Source of the DNA: a candidate division WOR-3 bacterium
GTDB taxonomy: Bacteria > Hydrothermota > Hydrothermia > LBFQ01
Length of the DNA: 64,000 bases
Direction of reading: 5' to 3'
Assembly (NCBI GenBank): GCA_039802605.1
Contig: JBDRWW010000005.1
Coordinates: forward strand, 47,462 to 111,461
In this document: piece by piece, positions 39,207-50,700 of the stretch
Numbering within the stretch: the stretch's first letter is position 1
Layout: each line of letters starts with the position of its first letter
The notes under the pieces: model-generated
Database searches by the model: none
Told to the model about the DNA's origin: nothing
Seen by the model: the letters and a program-made list of their open reading frames with translations, nothing else
Translations under genes and position numbers: made by a program

Positions 39207-39487
39207 TTATTTAAAACCCTCCAAATCATCCGGGGAACTTATATTTCCCGTCTTCCTCAAAGCTATAAACCTAAATAGGGGATTTCCGAAACACAAGGGC
39301 CCTACATTAAATCCACCTTGGCGATTTCAACCATATTACCGTAATTCCTTTAATGGGGAGTTTGTCAAAACATACCAAGTGGAATACAAAATCACCCTTT
39401 ATAGCGTACTCATACCTTCCGCCACGAGGAGCGTCCAGTTTACGAAGTTAAGGAAAATGCCACCATAAGGGGGAACACCCTTTTCAT
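39207..39487 (-). pseudogene. Possible remnant of a lipoprotein gene
   Basis: TATAAT, then ATG 39487 MKRVFPLMVAFSLTS* followed by protein-like fragments in shifting frames (KLDAPRGGRYEY, VYSFEEDGKYKF). Confidence 0.35.
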
Positions 39488-39558
39488 AACCGGCGTGGAT
39501 TATAAGGCAAAACGGTTATCCGATGGGTTTTCAATGCACCCTTATATTACATTCTCGT

Positions 39559-42500
39559 ATGGCGGATTTTGTCCATTTACATGTTCATAGCGAGTACAGT
39601 TTGCTTGATGGGGCTGCGAGGATTGATGATTTGATTAAAAAGGCTAAGGAATTGGGGTTTGAAGCATTGGCATTAACTGATCACGGTAATTTATTTGGAG
39701 CGATCGAATTCTATGTAAAGGCATTGGAGGAAGGTATTAAACCCATTCTCGGAATGGAGGCGTACATAGTTGATGACCTAAACGATAGGAGTAAAAGAGA
39801 TTACAACCACTTAACCCTGCTCGCAATGGATGAGCGGGGTTGGAAAAATCTCATAAAGTTGTCATCCATAGGTTGGACAAAGGGGTTTTATTCAAAACCG
39901 AGAATTGATAAGAAATCCTTAGAGGAATATTCGGAGGGAATAATAGTCCTTTCGGGTTGCCCAAAAGGGGAAATAGCCCAATACATTTTAAACGACAATT
40001 ATAAAAAGGCCTATGAATTAATAGACTGGTTTAAGGAAGTTTTCAAGGATAGGTTTTTCCTTGAAGTTCAGGATGTTGGAATACCGGAAAACCAAAAGAT
40101 AAACACATTCTTACTTGAAGCGTCAAAGAAAACGGGTTTGAAACTGGTTGCTACAAACGATGTGCATTACATAAACAGGGAGGACAGGCATTTACAGGAT
40201 ATTTTAATGTGTATAGCGCAAGGGACAAAATTGACGGATGAAAAGAGGTTCAGACTATCCACAGAGGAAATTTATATGAGGACGGAAGAGGAGATGTTAA
40301 ATCTATTCAAGGATATACCCGAAGCGGTAAAAAATACAAAACTCGTGGCTGAAATGATTGATTTAAAGATAGAAATTGACCCACAAAAGTTAAAACTCCC
40401 CCTACCCCCCAATGTTAAAGAGCCGTTTGAAGACTTAAAAGTAAAGGCTTATGAGGGTTTGAGGAGGAAGTTAAATGGTAATATCCCAAAGGAGTATGAG
40501 GAAAGGCTTGAATACGAGTTGGAGGTCATAAGGAACACGGGATTTGCCGGCTATTTCTTGATAATTGAGGATATAATAAACTATTGCAAAAACAACGGTA
40601 TAATGGTGGGTATAGGGAGGGGATCGGCGGCGGGTTCTTTGGTCTTGTACGCCCTTGATATTACAGATGTGGATCCTATAAAGTACGGCTTGCTCTTTGA
40701 GAGGTTTTTAAACCCCGAAAGGGTTTCCCCTCCGGATGTTGATATAGACTTTGAGGATAGGAGAAGGGACGAAGTTATAGATTACATAAGGAAAACCTAT
40801 GGTGAGAATTCAACCGCACAGATAATAACTTTTAGCAAGTTGAAGCCGAGGGCGGCTTTGAAGGATACCGCAAGAGTTTACGGTATTGAGTTTGATGAGG
40901 CAAACCGTATAACAAAACTCGTTCCAAACATACCCTCCGATCCCATAACATTAAAGGAAGCGTATGAAACCGTAGAAGATTTTAAAAAGGCGGTTTCAAA
41001 TGGAAAATGGAAGGAAATAGTTGAAAATGCGATTAAAATAGAAAATTTTACAAGGGGCGTTAGCGTTCATGCCGCCGGCGTGGTAATTACACCGGGGGAA
41101 ATAACGGATTATGTACCTTTGGCCGTTGTTAAGGATAGGGTTGTAACGCAGTTTGATAAGAACACCCTTGAACTTTTGGGCATTTTGAAGATTGATATTT
41201 TGGGTTTGAGGACATTAAGCGCCCTGAGTATGGCCGAAAAGATGATAAGGGAGATATACGACCCCAACTTCTCCTTAAAAGATATACCCCTTGATGACAA
41301 AAAGACATTTGAACTACTCCAACAAGGTAAAACCATGGGGGTATTTCAGCTTGAAAGCCCCGCAATGAGAAAACTTTTAATGAGGTTAAGACCAAACCAC
41401 ATAAACGACATTATAGCATTAAACGCCCTCTACAGACCAGGACCTATACAGAGCGGTATGGTTGATGAATATATTGAAAGAAAACACGGAAAACCCTATG
41501 ATTACGAATTCGAAGGGTTAAAACCAATACTTGAAGAGACTTACGGGCTTATAGTCTATCAGGAGCAGGTTATGAAGGCGGCACAAATCCTTGCGGGCTT
41601 CACACCAGGCGAAGCCGATACGCTGAGAAAAGCAATAGGAAAGAAAAAGAAGGATCTAATGGACGCCATGAGGGAGAAGTTTATAAACGGGGCGGTTGAA
41701 AGGGGATACCCGAAGGAAAAGATAGAGGAACTTTGGGAAAAGATTGAGAAGTTTGCCAGCTATTCCTTCAACAAATCCCATTCCGTTGCTTACGCGATAA
41801 CATCCTTTTGGACGGCATACATAAAGGCGCATTACCCCTTGGTTTTCTACGCATCAACACTGTCATCTTTTAGAACATCGGGGCAACAGAAGTTTTTTGA
41901 TAACGCACCCCTGTTTATATCCGAGATGAAGGAAAGCGGAATAAAAATAGAACCCCCGGATGTGAATAAGAGCGATGTGGAATTCATAATTGATAAGGAG
42001 CAGAACAAGATTATATGGGGGCTTGGGTTCATAAAGTCGGTTGGGGATAGCGCCGCGGAAACCATAGTAAACGAGAGGAGAACTAGGGGGCCTTATAAAT
42101 CCCTTGAAGAGTTCTCGAAGAGGACGAAGTTAAATAAAAGGACACTTGAAGGGCTTGCAAAGGCTGGGGCGTTTAGAAGCATTACAAACCTTCCAAAAAC
42201 AAAAATAATTGAGTATATAAACTTTGGGAAGAAGATCACAAAGGGAACGTCCAAGGACATATTCGGCATAGGCAAAAAATTGGAAGGGGAAAGCGGAAAG
42301 GAAGACTTTAAAACGAATTTGATGATGGAAAGGGAATCCATAGGCGTGTACATTTCAGAAAACCCGTTTGAAAGGTATATAAAACTCCGGAATTCCTTGG
42401 GACTACCAAAAATTTCCGATTTGGAAAACTATGAGGATAAAAGGGTTGGGATATTGGGTTCTTTAATGTACTTTTCAAAGAAGAAGTTTAAAAACGGGAC

Positions 42501-43038
42501 AAGGTTTAGCCTTAGGTTGGAAGACGATACGGGGTATGTGGATGCAGTAATATTTATAAACGATGACCCCAACTCCTTTGAAAAGAAGCTCTCCGAAAAC
42601 CTGGTATTATATGTTGAAGGTTTTGTTAGGACTTTGGAGGTTGAAGACGAAAACGGCGAGGAGGAGGTTAGCATAGAGATAAGGATAGATACCATAAACG
42701 ATGTTAAAACCGTTGACGAAATGCTTACACAGTTTTTGGAAAAAATAGACTTAAACCGGGCTTGGAAGGGCTATGTTATGAACATGAACGGATACACGGA
42801 TGAAATGGATATAAAGAGGGAGTTTGTAAGGTTTTGGATAAAGGAAATTGCGGGCGAGGAGTTCTCCACATCAGAAATACCGTATATGGAGGGCTTAAGG
42901 GTTATAAAAACGTTGAAAACATACGGCTCTAAAATTCTTGAAAATTCGGAGAACGACCCGATAAAAATGGGTGCGAAGGCCTTATTGTTAAAGGATATAG
43001 GTTTATGGCAGGATTTCCTTAGGAGGGTTAAGGGATGA
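39559..43038 (+). CDS. dnaE: DNA polymerase III alpha subunit
   Basis: HLHVHSEYSLLDG PHP domain, GRGSAAGS, PDVDID, FNKSHS, OB fold; start at MADFVH. Confidence 0.97.
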   Translation: MADFVHLHVHSEYSLLDGAARIDDLIKKAKELGFEALALTDHGNLFGAIEFYVKALEEGIKPILGMEAYIVDDLNDRSKRDYNHLTLLAMDERGWKNLIKLSSIGWTKGFYSKPRIDKKSLEEYSEGIIVLSGCPKGEIAQYILNDNYKKAYELIDWFKEVFKDRFFLEVQDVGIPENQKINTFLLEASKKTGLKLVATNDVHYINREDRHLQDILMCIAQGTKLTDEKRFRLSTEEIYMRTEEEMLNLFKDIPEAVKNTKLVAEMIDLKIEIDPQKLKLPLPPNVKEPFEDLKVKAYEGLRRKLNGNIPKEYEERLEYELEVIRNTGFAGYFLIIEDIINYCKNNGIMVGIGRGSAAGSLVLYALDITDVDPIKYGLLFERFLNPERVSPPDVDIDFEDRRRDEVIDYIRKTYGENSTAQIITFSKLKPRAALKDTARVYGIEFDEANRITKLVPNIPSDPITLKEAYETVEDFKKAVSNGKWKEIVENAIKIENFTRGVSVHAAGVVITPGEITDYVPLAVVKDRVVTQFDKNTLELLGILKIDILGLRTLSALSMAEKMIREIYDPNFSLKDIPLDDKKTFELLQQGKTMGVFQLESPAMRKLLMRLRPNHINDIIALNALYRPGPIQSGMVDEYIERKHGKPYDYEFEGLKPILEETYGLIVYQEQVMKAAQILAGFTPGEADTLRKAIGKKKKDLMDAMREKFINGAVERGYPKEKIEELWEKIEKFASYSFNKSHSVAYAITSFWTAYIKAHYPLVFYASTLSSFRTSGQQKFFDNAPLFISEMKESGIKIEPPDVNKSDVEFIIDKEQNKIIWGLGFIKSVGDSAAETIVNERRTRGPYKSLEEFSKRTKLNKRTLEGLAKAGAFRSITNLPKTKIIEYINFGKKITKGTSKDIFGIGKKLEGESGKEDFKTNLMMERESIGVYISENPFERYIKLRNSLGLPKISDLENYEDKRVGILGSLMYFSKKKFKNGTRFSLRLEDDTGYVDAVIFINDDPNSFEKKLSENLVLYVEGFVRTLEVEDENGEEEVSIEIRIDTINDVKTVDEMLTQFLEKIDLNRAWKGYVMNMNGYTDEMDIKREFVRFWIKEIAGEEFSTSEIPYMEGLRVIKTLKTYGSKILENSENDPIKMGAKALLLKDIGLWQDFLRRVKG

Positions 43039-44051
43039 TATTCCCCTTATGCTCGCCGTATCATCCGTTGTTCGGTTATCAAAACTGCGAAACATACTCC
43101 CTAACTTACTTTTACGATATACCGAGATTTACATACGAGAGGACGATAACATTTGAAAGCTTTTCAAGCTCAACGTTTACGGACATTTACACCTACAAAA
43201 CCGTTTACGATACCTTTGATTATCAAACCGTGGGCTTTAAATTCCATTCCCCCAATGTCGTAGGTGGGGCTTACACGGAAAGGATAAACATAAAGGAAAA
43301 CTATGCCTTCGGTTTTGTGGGGAGGTATAGGTGGTTTTCGGGTTTAATTTTGAAAGGGAAGAGAAACCCTTATGAGGAAAAGGCGTATTTTGTGAATTTT
43401 GATTACGGGAAGTTTTCCTTAGGCGGCGGGTGGGATAGGGGTTATAGTTTTGGGGGAAGTTTTGGGGATAAAATATTATTAAAGGGTTTGTATTATTCGT
43501 CTTATGATACCGTTTTTGGGGGAGGCTTGGGTTACAGGGGGGATAACTTTACGCTTTCGCTTTTGGGTGGCTACGGGTTTTTGACGGATTTCCTCTTATT
43601 CATCTCGGATTTTCAAGTATCGGGGGGATATAATCTAACTAAAAGGTTAAAAAATGGGTTTATAACATTGAAGTACGGGGATTTTACGGGTCTATCGCTC
43701 GTTTACGGTAAAAGGCCTTGGGGTGAAAATGAGTATATTGATAATCCTGAGGTTCAGGGCTTTATAAGTTTTAAAAACCCTTGGTTTTCCACATATCTCA
43801 AAGGTGTGTATTTAACCCAAAGGCTTGTGTATAGGATTGCCGGGGGTATTCAACTGAACTTTTTAAAGTTAAAAGAAATAGCGGAATTAAAACCGGTATT
43901 GGATACATATTATGAGGATAACGGAAACCTTTGGGTTAATGCGGGGGTAGAGGTGATATTTTACAAGGATTTGCGCATAGGAGCCTTTTACGATTATTGG
44001 AAAGGGGGGCAAACCATAGGGGTAAAAGTCCTTTGGAGGTTGTGGGATTGA
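43035..44051 (+). CDS. Hypothetical outer-membrane beta-barrel-like protein
   Basis: 338 aa with G/Y/F-rich amphipathic strands; ATGA overlap with dnaE. Confidence 0.65.
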   Translation: MIFPLCSPYHPLFGYQNCETYSLTYFYDIPRFTYERTITFESFSSSTFTDIYTYKTVYDTFDYQTVGFKFHSPNVVGGAYTERINIKENYAFGFVGRYRWFSGLILKGKRNPYEEKAYFVNFDYGKFSLGGGWDRGYSFGGSFGDKILLKGLYYSSYDTVFGGGLGYRGDNFTLSLLGGYGFLTDFLLFISDFQVSGGYNLTKRLKNGFITLKYGDFTGLSLVYGKRPWGENEYIDNPEVQGFISFKNPWFSTYLKGVYLTQRLVYRIAGGIQLNFLKLKEIAELKPVLDTYYEDNGNLWVNAGVEVIFYKDLRIGAFYDYWKGGQTIGVKVLWRLWD

Positions 44052-44068
44052 ACAAGGCTTATTATACG

Positions 44069-44084
44069 ACCACATAGTGAGACT
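44069..44084. repeat. 16-bp sequence matching 56837-56852 in inverted orientation
   Basis: ACCACATAGTGAGACT versus AGTCTCACTATGTGGT. Confidence 0.8.
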
Positions 44085-44105
44085 GGGTTAGTTTTATAAA
44101 AACTC

Positions 44106-44130
44106 CACCCTTAGAATATCTACTATGATG
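44106..44130 (+). repeat. 25-bp direct repeat copy 1 (contains TAGAAT -10 box and start codon)
   Basis: CACCCTTAGAATATCTACTATGATG, identical to 46095-46119. Confidence 0.92.
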
Positions 44131-44244
44131 CACAGTTGGAATATGATGGGAAACGCCATGTGGATGGGTTGGGTAATATGGATACTGATAGTAATAATCC
44201 TCGTGTTACTCATCGCGCTTTTACTCAAATATCTGTTTAAATAA
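44125..44244 (+). CDS. 39-aa Met/Trp-rich single-TM protein (copper-cluster associated)
   Basis: MMHSWNMMGNAMWMGWVIWILIVIILVLLIALLLKYLFK; absent from the ORF track; TAGAAT 7 nt upstream. Confidence 0.75.
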   Translation: MMHSWNMMGNAMWMGWVIWILIVIILVLLIALLLKYLFK

Positions 44245-44255
44245 AGGGTAGAAAT

Positions 44256-46089
44256 ATGGAACACGCACACCACAAGCACCACGGGCACCATAAAAGCATG
44301 GAAAAGGATTTTAGGAATAGGTTTATAGTTTCGTTAATCCTAACCGTACCCATAATCCTTTTATCCGAAACCATACGGGGCTTCTTAGGGATAAACATCA
44401 AAATACCTTATGGTGATTTTGTTTCCACATTCATATCCACCATTATATTCTTTTACGGCGGATATCCGTTTTTCAAAGGCTTTAAAGACGAGATGGTAAA
44501 ACGATCACCGGGTATGATGACCCTCATCACCTTAGCAATAACCGTGGCATATGTTTATAGTATTGCGGTGGTAATAGGATTTAAAGGTTCACCTTTTTTC
44601 TGGGAGCTCGCCACCCTTATAGATATTATGTTGTTGGGACATTGGATAGAAATGAGGTCGGTAATGGGAGCCTCACGGGCTTTAGAAAAACTTAGCAAAC
44701 TCCTACCGTCCCATGCCATATTGGTGGATGAGAACGGGGAAACCAGAAAGGTTCATATTCGGGATTTAAAGGTTGGGCATAGGGTTTTGGTTCAAAGCGG
44801 GGAAAGGATACCCTTAGACGGTATTGTTATAGACGGCAAGAGTTATGTGGATGAATCTATGCTTACGGGTGAGTCTAAGCCCGTGGAAAAGTCTAAGGGT
44901 TCAAATGTAATAGGTGGTTCGTTGGTTTTGGACGGTTATCTCATAGTTGAAATAAAGAAAGTTGGGAAAGATACCTATATTCAACAGGTTATGGAAATCG
45001 TTAAAAGGGCACAGGAGAGTAGGTCAAAAACCCAAGATTTGGCGAACAGGTTTGCAAGATACCTAACCGTATTGGCCGTATTGGTAGGTGTTATTACCTT
45101 CACCGTTTGGATAGTATTGGGACAAGACTGGCAATACCCTTGGTCGTGGCGGTATCAACGGCAATAGGGGCAAGTAGGGGTTTGTTGGTAAGAAATAGGG
45201 AAGCCTTTGAGAGGGCGAGGAATATAAATGTTGTGGTTTTTGATAAAACCGGAACTTTAACCTATGGTAGGTTTGAGGTTTCGGAAATCGTTTCCTTGGG
45301 TGATAAGGATGAAAGGGATATTCTATCATTAGCCGCATCTCTGGAAATAAATTCCAGTCATCCAATAGCAAAGGCAATAGTGCCAAGAAAAACGGTGTAA
45401 AATTCCTAAAAGTTGAAGATTTTAAAACCCTACCGGGTAAAGGTGTTGAGGGAAAGATTAACGGAAAAGTATATAGACTGTTGAATCCCAAGTATGTGGA
45501 AGGGGTTAATGTACCTTCGGGCAAAACATCGGCTGTGGTGGTTGAGGATAACAAACCTCTGGGTATAGTAATATTATCCGATAAGGTCAGACCGGAATCC
45601 AAAGAAGCCATAAAAAAACTATCCGAAATGGGTATTAAATGCGTTATGATAACCGGGGATAATGAGGCGGTGGCTTCGGCGGTTGCCGGGGAACTGAATA
45701 TAACGGAATACTACGCGGGAGTTATGCCCCACGAAAAGGCTGAAAAGATTAAAGAGATCAAGGGAAGGGGGTTTAAGGTCGCTATGGTGGGAGATGGTAT
45801 AAACGACGCCCCCGCACTCGTAGAGGCAGATGTAGGAATAGCAATAGGAACCGGAACGGACATAGCAATTGAATCCGCGGATATAATTCTGGTTAAGGAT
45901 AACCCTTTGGATGTCGTGTTTTTATTTAAACTCTCCAAGGCAACATATAGAAAAAATGTATTCGCCATACCGTTAGCAGCAGGAGTCTTATACCCCTTAG
46001 GTATAACCCTTACACCCGCCACAGGGGCATTGCTTATGTCTTTAAGTACCGTAATAGTAGCCATAAACTCCCGTTTCCTACGCGTTTAA
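44256..46089 (+). pseudogene. copB: Copper-translocating P1B-3 ATPase (CopB), disrupted
   Basis: His-rich N-terminus, TGES, DKTGTLT, SSHP, GDGINDAP split over three frames; the CPH-bearing TM segment is missing near 45125-45135. Confidence 0.9.
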
Positions 46090-46094
46090 ATTTT

Positions 46095-46119
46095 CACCCT
46101 TAGAATATCTACTATGATG
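46095..46119 (+). repeat. 25-bp direct repeat copy 2
   Basis: Identical to 44106-44130. Confidence 0.92.
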
Positions 46120-46503
46120 AATAGTAGAACTTTCACAGCCGCATTTTTAACGCTTTTGACTTGCACTTCCGGGAATAATTATCCCGAGGTTATATCCTTC
46201 AAGGGGGCAGGATATGAGGTAAGGATATACTCAAAAGACGGCGATTTAAATGTTGGGCTAAACGATATAAGGGTTGAGGTAAAACCCCCAGCAAAAATTG
46301 AAGAGCTCTACCTCTATATGCCCGAGATGAAAGATTATGCCCAATTAAAGGAGGAGAAAAAAGGTGTATATTCGGGAAGCATAAGCATTAGTATGGAAGG
46401 CCCTTGGGAGTTGAGGATTAAAGTTAACGGAAAAGATATTCGCAAGGAGATAACTATACCTGTTAAGGGAGGTGCTTCGGAAAATGAAAAACATAGCCAC
46501 TAA
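46114..46503 (+). CDS. YtkA/FixH-like lipoprotein, paralog of the N-terminal domain of the next gene
   Basis: PEVISF.G.GY...YSK.G.L.VGLNDI.VEV.PPAKIEE.YLYMP...SMEG.W shared with 46484-46860. Confidence 0.75.
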   Translation: MMNSRTFTAAFLTLLTCTSGNNYPEVISFKGAGYEVRIYSKDGDLNVGLNDIRVEVKPPAKIEELYLYMPEMKDYAQLKEEKKGVYSGSISISMEGPWELRIKVNGKDIRKEITIPVKGGASENEKHSH

Positions 46504-47785
46504 GTGGGTTTTTGCCTTAATTCTCCTTTTTTCGTGTAAAGGCGGGAAATTTCCCGAGGTTATAAGTTTTGGCGGTGAAGGTTATACGATAAAGGTTTAT
46601 TCAAAAAGTGGGGAATTAAAAGTTGGACTAAACGACATAATGGTTGAAGTGCAACCACCTGCAAAAATAGAAGAATTCTATTTATACATGCCTCCAATGC
46701 CCGGAATGCCGGAGATGAGAGCGTTTGCAAACATAAAAGAAAAGGGAAAGGGAATTTATGAGGGTAAGATTAGCATAAGTATGGAAGGCTCTTGGCAGAT
46801 AAGGGCTAAGGTTGACGGAAAGGTTTTAAAAAGGGATATAAACATACCTTTAAGAGGTGAAAAGCACATGCACGAGGGTATGGACATGGGAAATGTAATG
46901 GAATTGACCGCCGCAAAACTTGCGGCTTTTAATGTATCCACTTATAAGGTGGATACCCTAAGCGTTCCCGCAGTCATTTACGCCTCGGGAAGCATAAAAT
47001 ATCCCAAAAGTAAAACATTTATGATAACCCCGAGGTTTTCGGGTTATATAACCGAGATTTTTGTGGATAGGGAGGGTAGTTTTGTGGAAAGGGGTACCCC
47101 CCTCTTTGAGTTTTATTCCCCTGAGATTGTTAGGACATACGAGGAGTACATAAACGCGAAAGAAACCGGGGATAGCGTATCCTTGACATTGACTTTGGAA
47201 AAATTCTCAATATATGGAATATCCCCCGATGATGTTAAGGATACATTGGCGGTTTTTAGATCCCCTTCCTCGGGGAAGGTTTCAAAAGTAATGGTGGCTA
47301 AGGGGATGATGTTTTCCGAAAACCAAAGCTTATACGAGTTAGTTACGGGGAAAGTGTTTTACTTTGTGGGGGAAGTTCCACAGGAAAAGGCGAAGCATTT
47401 ATATCCGGGCTCTTTGGTGGAAATTGAGGGTATATACGCGAGGTTGGATAGGGTATTCCCAGAGGTTAATCCGGAAACAAAAACGATTAGGTTTATTTCG
47501 GTTTTTACAACGGAAAGGGATCTCTACGAAGGTATGATATTAACGGCCAAGATAAAGAGGATGGTTAAGGGGTTGTTTGTCCCGAAGGATGCCGTAATAA
47601 GGACGGGGACCGCCGATTTTGTTTATTTGAAGGTTCGGGATAACGCCTTTTTACCAAAAAGGGTTAAGGTTTTATCCGAAGTTGAAAACGGCTATATGGT
47701 AGAGGGCTTGAAGGTGGGAGATGAGGTTGTTGCAAAGGGGGTATTCTTCATAGATGCCGAGGCCAACCTTAGGGGGTTAAGATGA
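46484..47785 (+). CDS. cusB: CusB-like RND periplasmic adaptor with N-terminal YtkA-like Met-rich domain
   Basis: Lipobox LFSC, MPPMPGMPEM, HMHEGMDM, PRFSGYI, YSPE, VPKDAVIRTG, FFIDAE.NL. Confidence 0.85.
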   Translation: MKNIATKWVFALILLFSCKGGKFPEVISFGGEGYTIKVYSKSGELKVGLNDIMVEVQPPAKIEEFYLYMPPMPGMPEMRAFANIKEKGKGIYEGKISISMEGSWQIRAKVDGKVLKRDINIPLRGEKHMHEGMDMGNVMELTAAKLAAFNVSTYKVDTLSVPAVIYASGSIKYPKSKTFMITPRFSGYITEIFVDREGSFVERGTPLFEFYSPEIVRTYEEYINAKETGDSVSLTLTLEKFSIYGISPDDVKDTLAVFRSPSSGKVSKVMVAKGMMFSENQSLYELVTGKVFYFVGEVPQEKAKHLYPGSLVEIEGIYARLDRVFPEVNPETKTIRFISVFTTERDLYEGMILTAKIKRMVKGLFVPKDAVIRTGTADFVYLKVRDNAFLPKRVKVLSEVENGYMVEGLKVGDEVVAKGVFFIDAEANLRGLR

Positions 47786-50700
47786 AAATGGATAAATTAA
47801 TACGCTGGGTTTTAAATAATCCCTTTCTAACCCTAACTATAACGGCGTTTTTTGTTATATTGGGCTTTATAGCGGTTTATAAAACACCCCTTGACGCAAT
47901 ACCCAACATATCCGATACGCAGGTAATAATTGAGGCCAAGTGGGAGGGGCAAGACCCAACGACAATGGAAGATCAAGTGACATATCCCATAGCTTCCGCC
48001 ATGCTTTCCGCGCCAAAAACAAAGGCGGTTAGGGGCTTTTCGATGCCAAACAAGTCCTTGATATATGTCATTTTTGAAGATGGGACGGATATATATTGGG
48101 CCAGGAGTAGGGTTTTGGAATACCTTTCGGGAATAAGCCTACCGGATGAAGTTTCGTTAAGACTGGGACCGGACGCAACCGCCCTTGGGTGGGTGTTTAT
48201 GTACGCCCTTATTGATACATCCGGAAAAAACGATATATCCTTTTTGAGGACTTTTAACGATTTCTACCTACGATATAGAATACTTTCGGCGGATGGGGTA
48301 TCGGATGTTGCGAGCGTAGGGGGGTACTTAAAGGAATATCAGGTAGATATAGACCCTTATAAGCTCAGGGCTTACGGTTTAACACTAAAAGATGTTTTAA
48401 ACGCCGTTAAGGGTTCAAATATGCAAGGTGGGGGAAGGGTAATAGAGGTTTCCGAAAGGTATTATATGATTAGGGGTTTGGGTTATATAAAATCCCCGGA
48501 AGATTTGGAAAAGGCTGTTATAAAGACCGATCCGGAAACCGGGGCAAGTATAAAGTTGGGTGATGTTGCAATTGTCCAATTGGGGCCGGCATTACAGGAG
48601 GGTGCCGCCGATTTGGATGGGAAAGGGGAAGTTGTTGGGGGAATAGTCATAATGAGGGACGGGGAAAACGCTTTGAGGGTTATAAACAATGTTAAAAGGG
48701 TTTTAAGCGAAACCCCCCTACCCGAAGGCGTAAAGATCGTTATAACATATGACAGGAGCGAACTCATAAAGGAGGCGGTTAGCACCCTTTTTAATACCCT
48801 TATAAAGGAATCAATAGCCGTTTTAATAGTGGTTGCCATATTCCTTTTTACCCTAAGGGGTTCGCTACCCATAGTGGTGTTCTTGCCCTTGGCCCTCATA
48901 ATCCCTTACATATTTATATATGCAATGCGTATAACCACCAACATTATGAGCCTTGGGGGTATGGCTTTGAGCATCGGGGTAATGGTGGATGCGGGTATAG
49001 TAATGGTTGAAAATACTTTTAAACATTTTGAAAAAAATCCACCTAAAACATTTGGTGAGAGGTTGGAAATCGTGTATAAGGCCATATGCGAAGTCGCCCC
49101 ATCCATAATTTTCTCATTGGCAATTGTTACAATATCCTTTTTGCCCATCTTTGCATTAACGGGTGAAGAGGGGAGGCTCTTTAAACCCTTGGCTTTTACA
49201 AAAACATTGACAATGGCGGTTGCCACGGTCTTATCAATTACTTTAATGCCCGTTTTGATTTTATTAATCATTCCAAACAGGGTTAGGGATGAAACCCAAA
49301 ACCCCGTAAATGTAATATTACACAAACTCTACGAGCCCATATTCAACTCAACGATGAAATACCCTTATGTATTCATCGGTACATGGGTGGTGATGAGTGT
49401 TATGGCCTTTTTCATTTTGAAAAGAATCCCCAACGAATTCATGCCACCCCTTGAGGAGGGTTCCCTTTTGTATATGCCTTCATCCGTTGCGGGTGTCCCC
49501 CTTGACAAGGGTGTTGAAATTCTTAGAAAACAGGATTCAATTTTAAAAACCTTTCCGGAAGTTGAAAGGGTTTTTGGGAAGATAGGTAGGGCGGACAACC
49601 CAACGGACCCCGCCCCCCTTTCAATGATAGAAACAACAATCCTTTTAAAACCGGAAAAGGAATGGAGAAGGGGTATGACCTTGGAAAAACTCATCGGTGA
49701 GATGAACGAGAAATTACAATTCCCGGGGTGGGTGAACACATGGGGTATGCCCATAAGGATAAGGGTGGATATGTTATCAACCGGTATAAGGACGCCGGTT
49801 GGGATTAAGGTTTTGGGCAACGACCCTTATAAAGTTGAGAGTTTGGCCGTTGAGGTGGAAAGGATAATTTCGGGATTAAAGGAAACCCAAACCGCCTTTG
49901 CGGATAGGTCTGCAAAAATGCTCTATGTTGATATAATTCCCAAGAGGGAAAAGCTCGCGGAGTATGGTTTAAGCGTGTCGGATTTAACGGATATTATAGG
50001 TAAGGTTATAGGGGGTATGCCGATTGGCTATGCTGTTGAGGGGAGGGAAAGGTATCCCATAAGGGTTAGGTTGGCGAGGGATTTTAGAGACGAGGTTGAG
50101 GATATAAGGGATTTGGAGTTTATAACACCCACCGGTGCGGTTGTTAGTCTTGGCAGTGTGGCGGATGTTAATATATCACGGGCGCCATCAGAAATAAAAA
50201 GCGATAACGGTTTTATAGCATCGTATGTTTATGTGGTTCCAAAGGGGGACATTGGAATGGATAGTTATGTTGAGATGGCTAAAAAAATTCTAAAAGAAAA
50301 ACTAAAACTCCCTCCCGGATATTTCCTAGTATTCTCCGGGCAATACGAGAATCTCAAAAGGGCGCAACAAACTATGGTAATCATACTCCCAATAACGCTT
50401 ATAATTATCTTCATCTTGCTTTATATGAACTTCCGCTCTTTCTTTAAATCAATCCTTGTGATTTTGAGTGTTCCCTTCACACTCTTTGGTGCCTTTGGAT
50501 TAATGTATATCCTCGGATACAAAATGTCAATTGCTTCTTGGGTTGGAGTAGTGGCCCTTTTGGGTTTGACGGCGGAGTTGGGGGTTGTAATGATTATGTT
50601 TATGGATTTGGGATTAAAGGAACACCCATACGACCCATTAAAGGGTATATACGAGGGTGCCCTGAGGAGGTTGAGGCCCAAGGTTATGACGGCCACCACG

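Noticed and set aside
39196..39468. 90-aa plus-strand ORF after nadC
   Set aside because: Atypical composition and no motifs; the minus strand looks more like a decayed gene.
44094..44291. 65-aa minus-strand hydrophobic ORF
   Set aside because: Antisense to the better supported 39-aa gene and the copB start.
45100..45480. Programmed frameshifting in copB
   Set aside because: Essential sequence (the CPH helix) is missing at the junctions, so recoding could not restore the protein.
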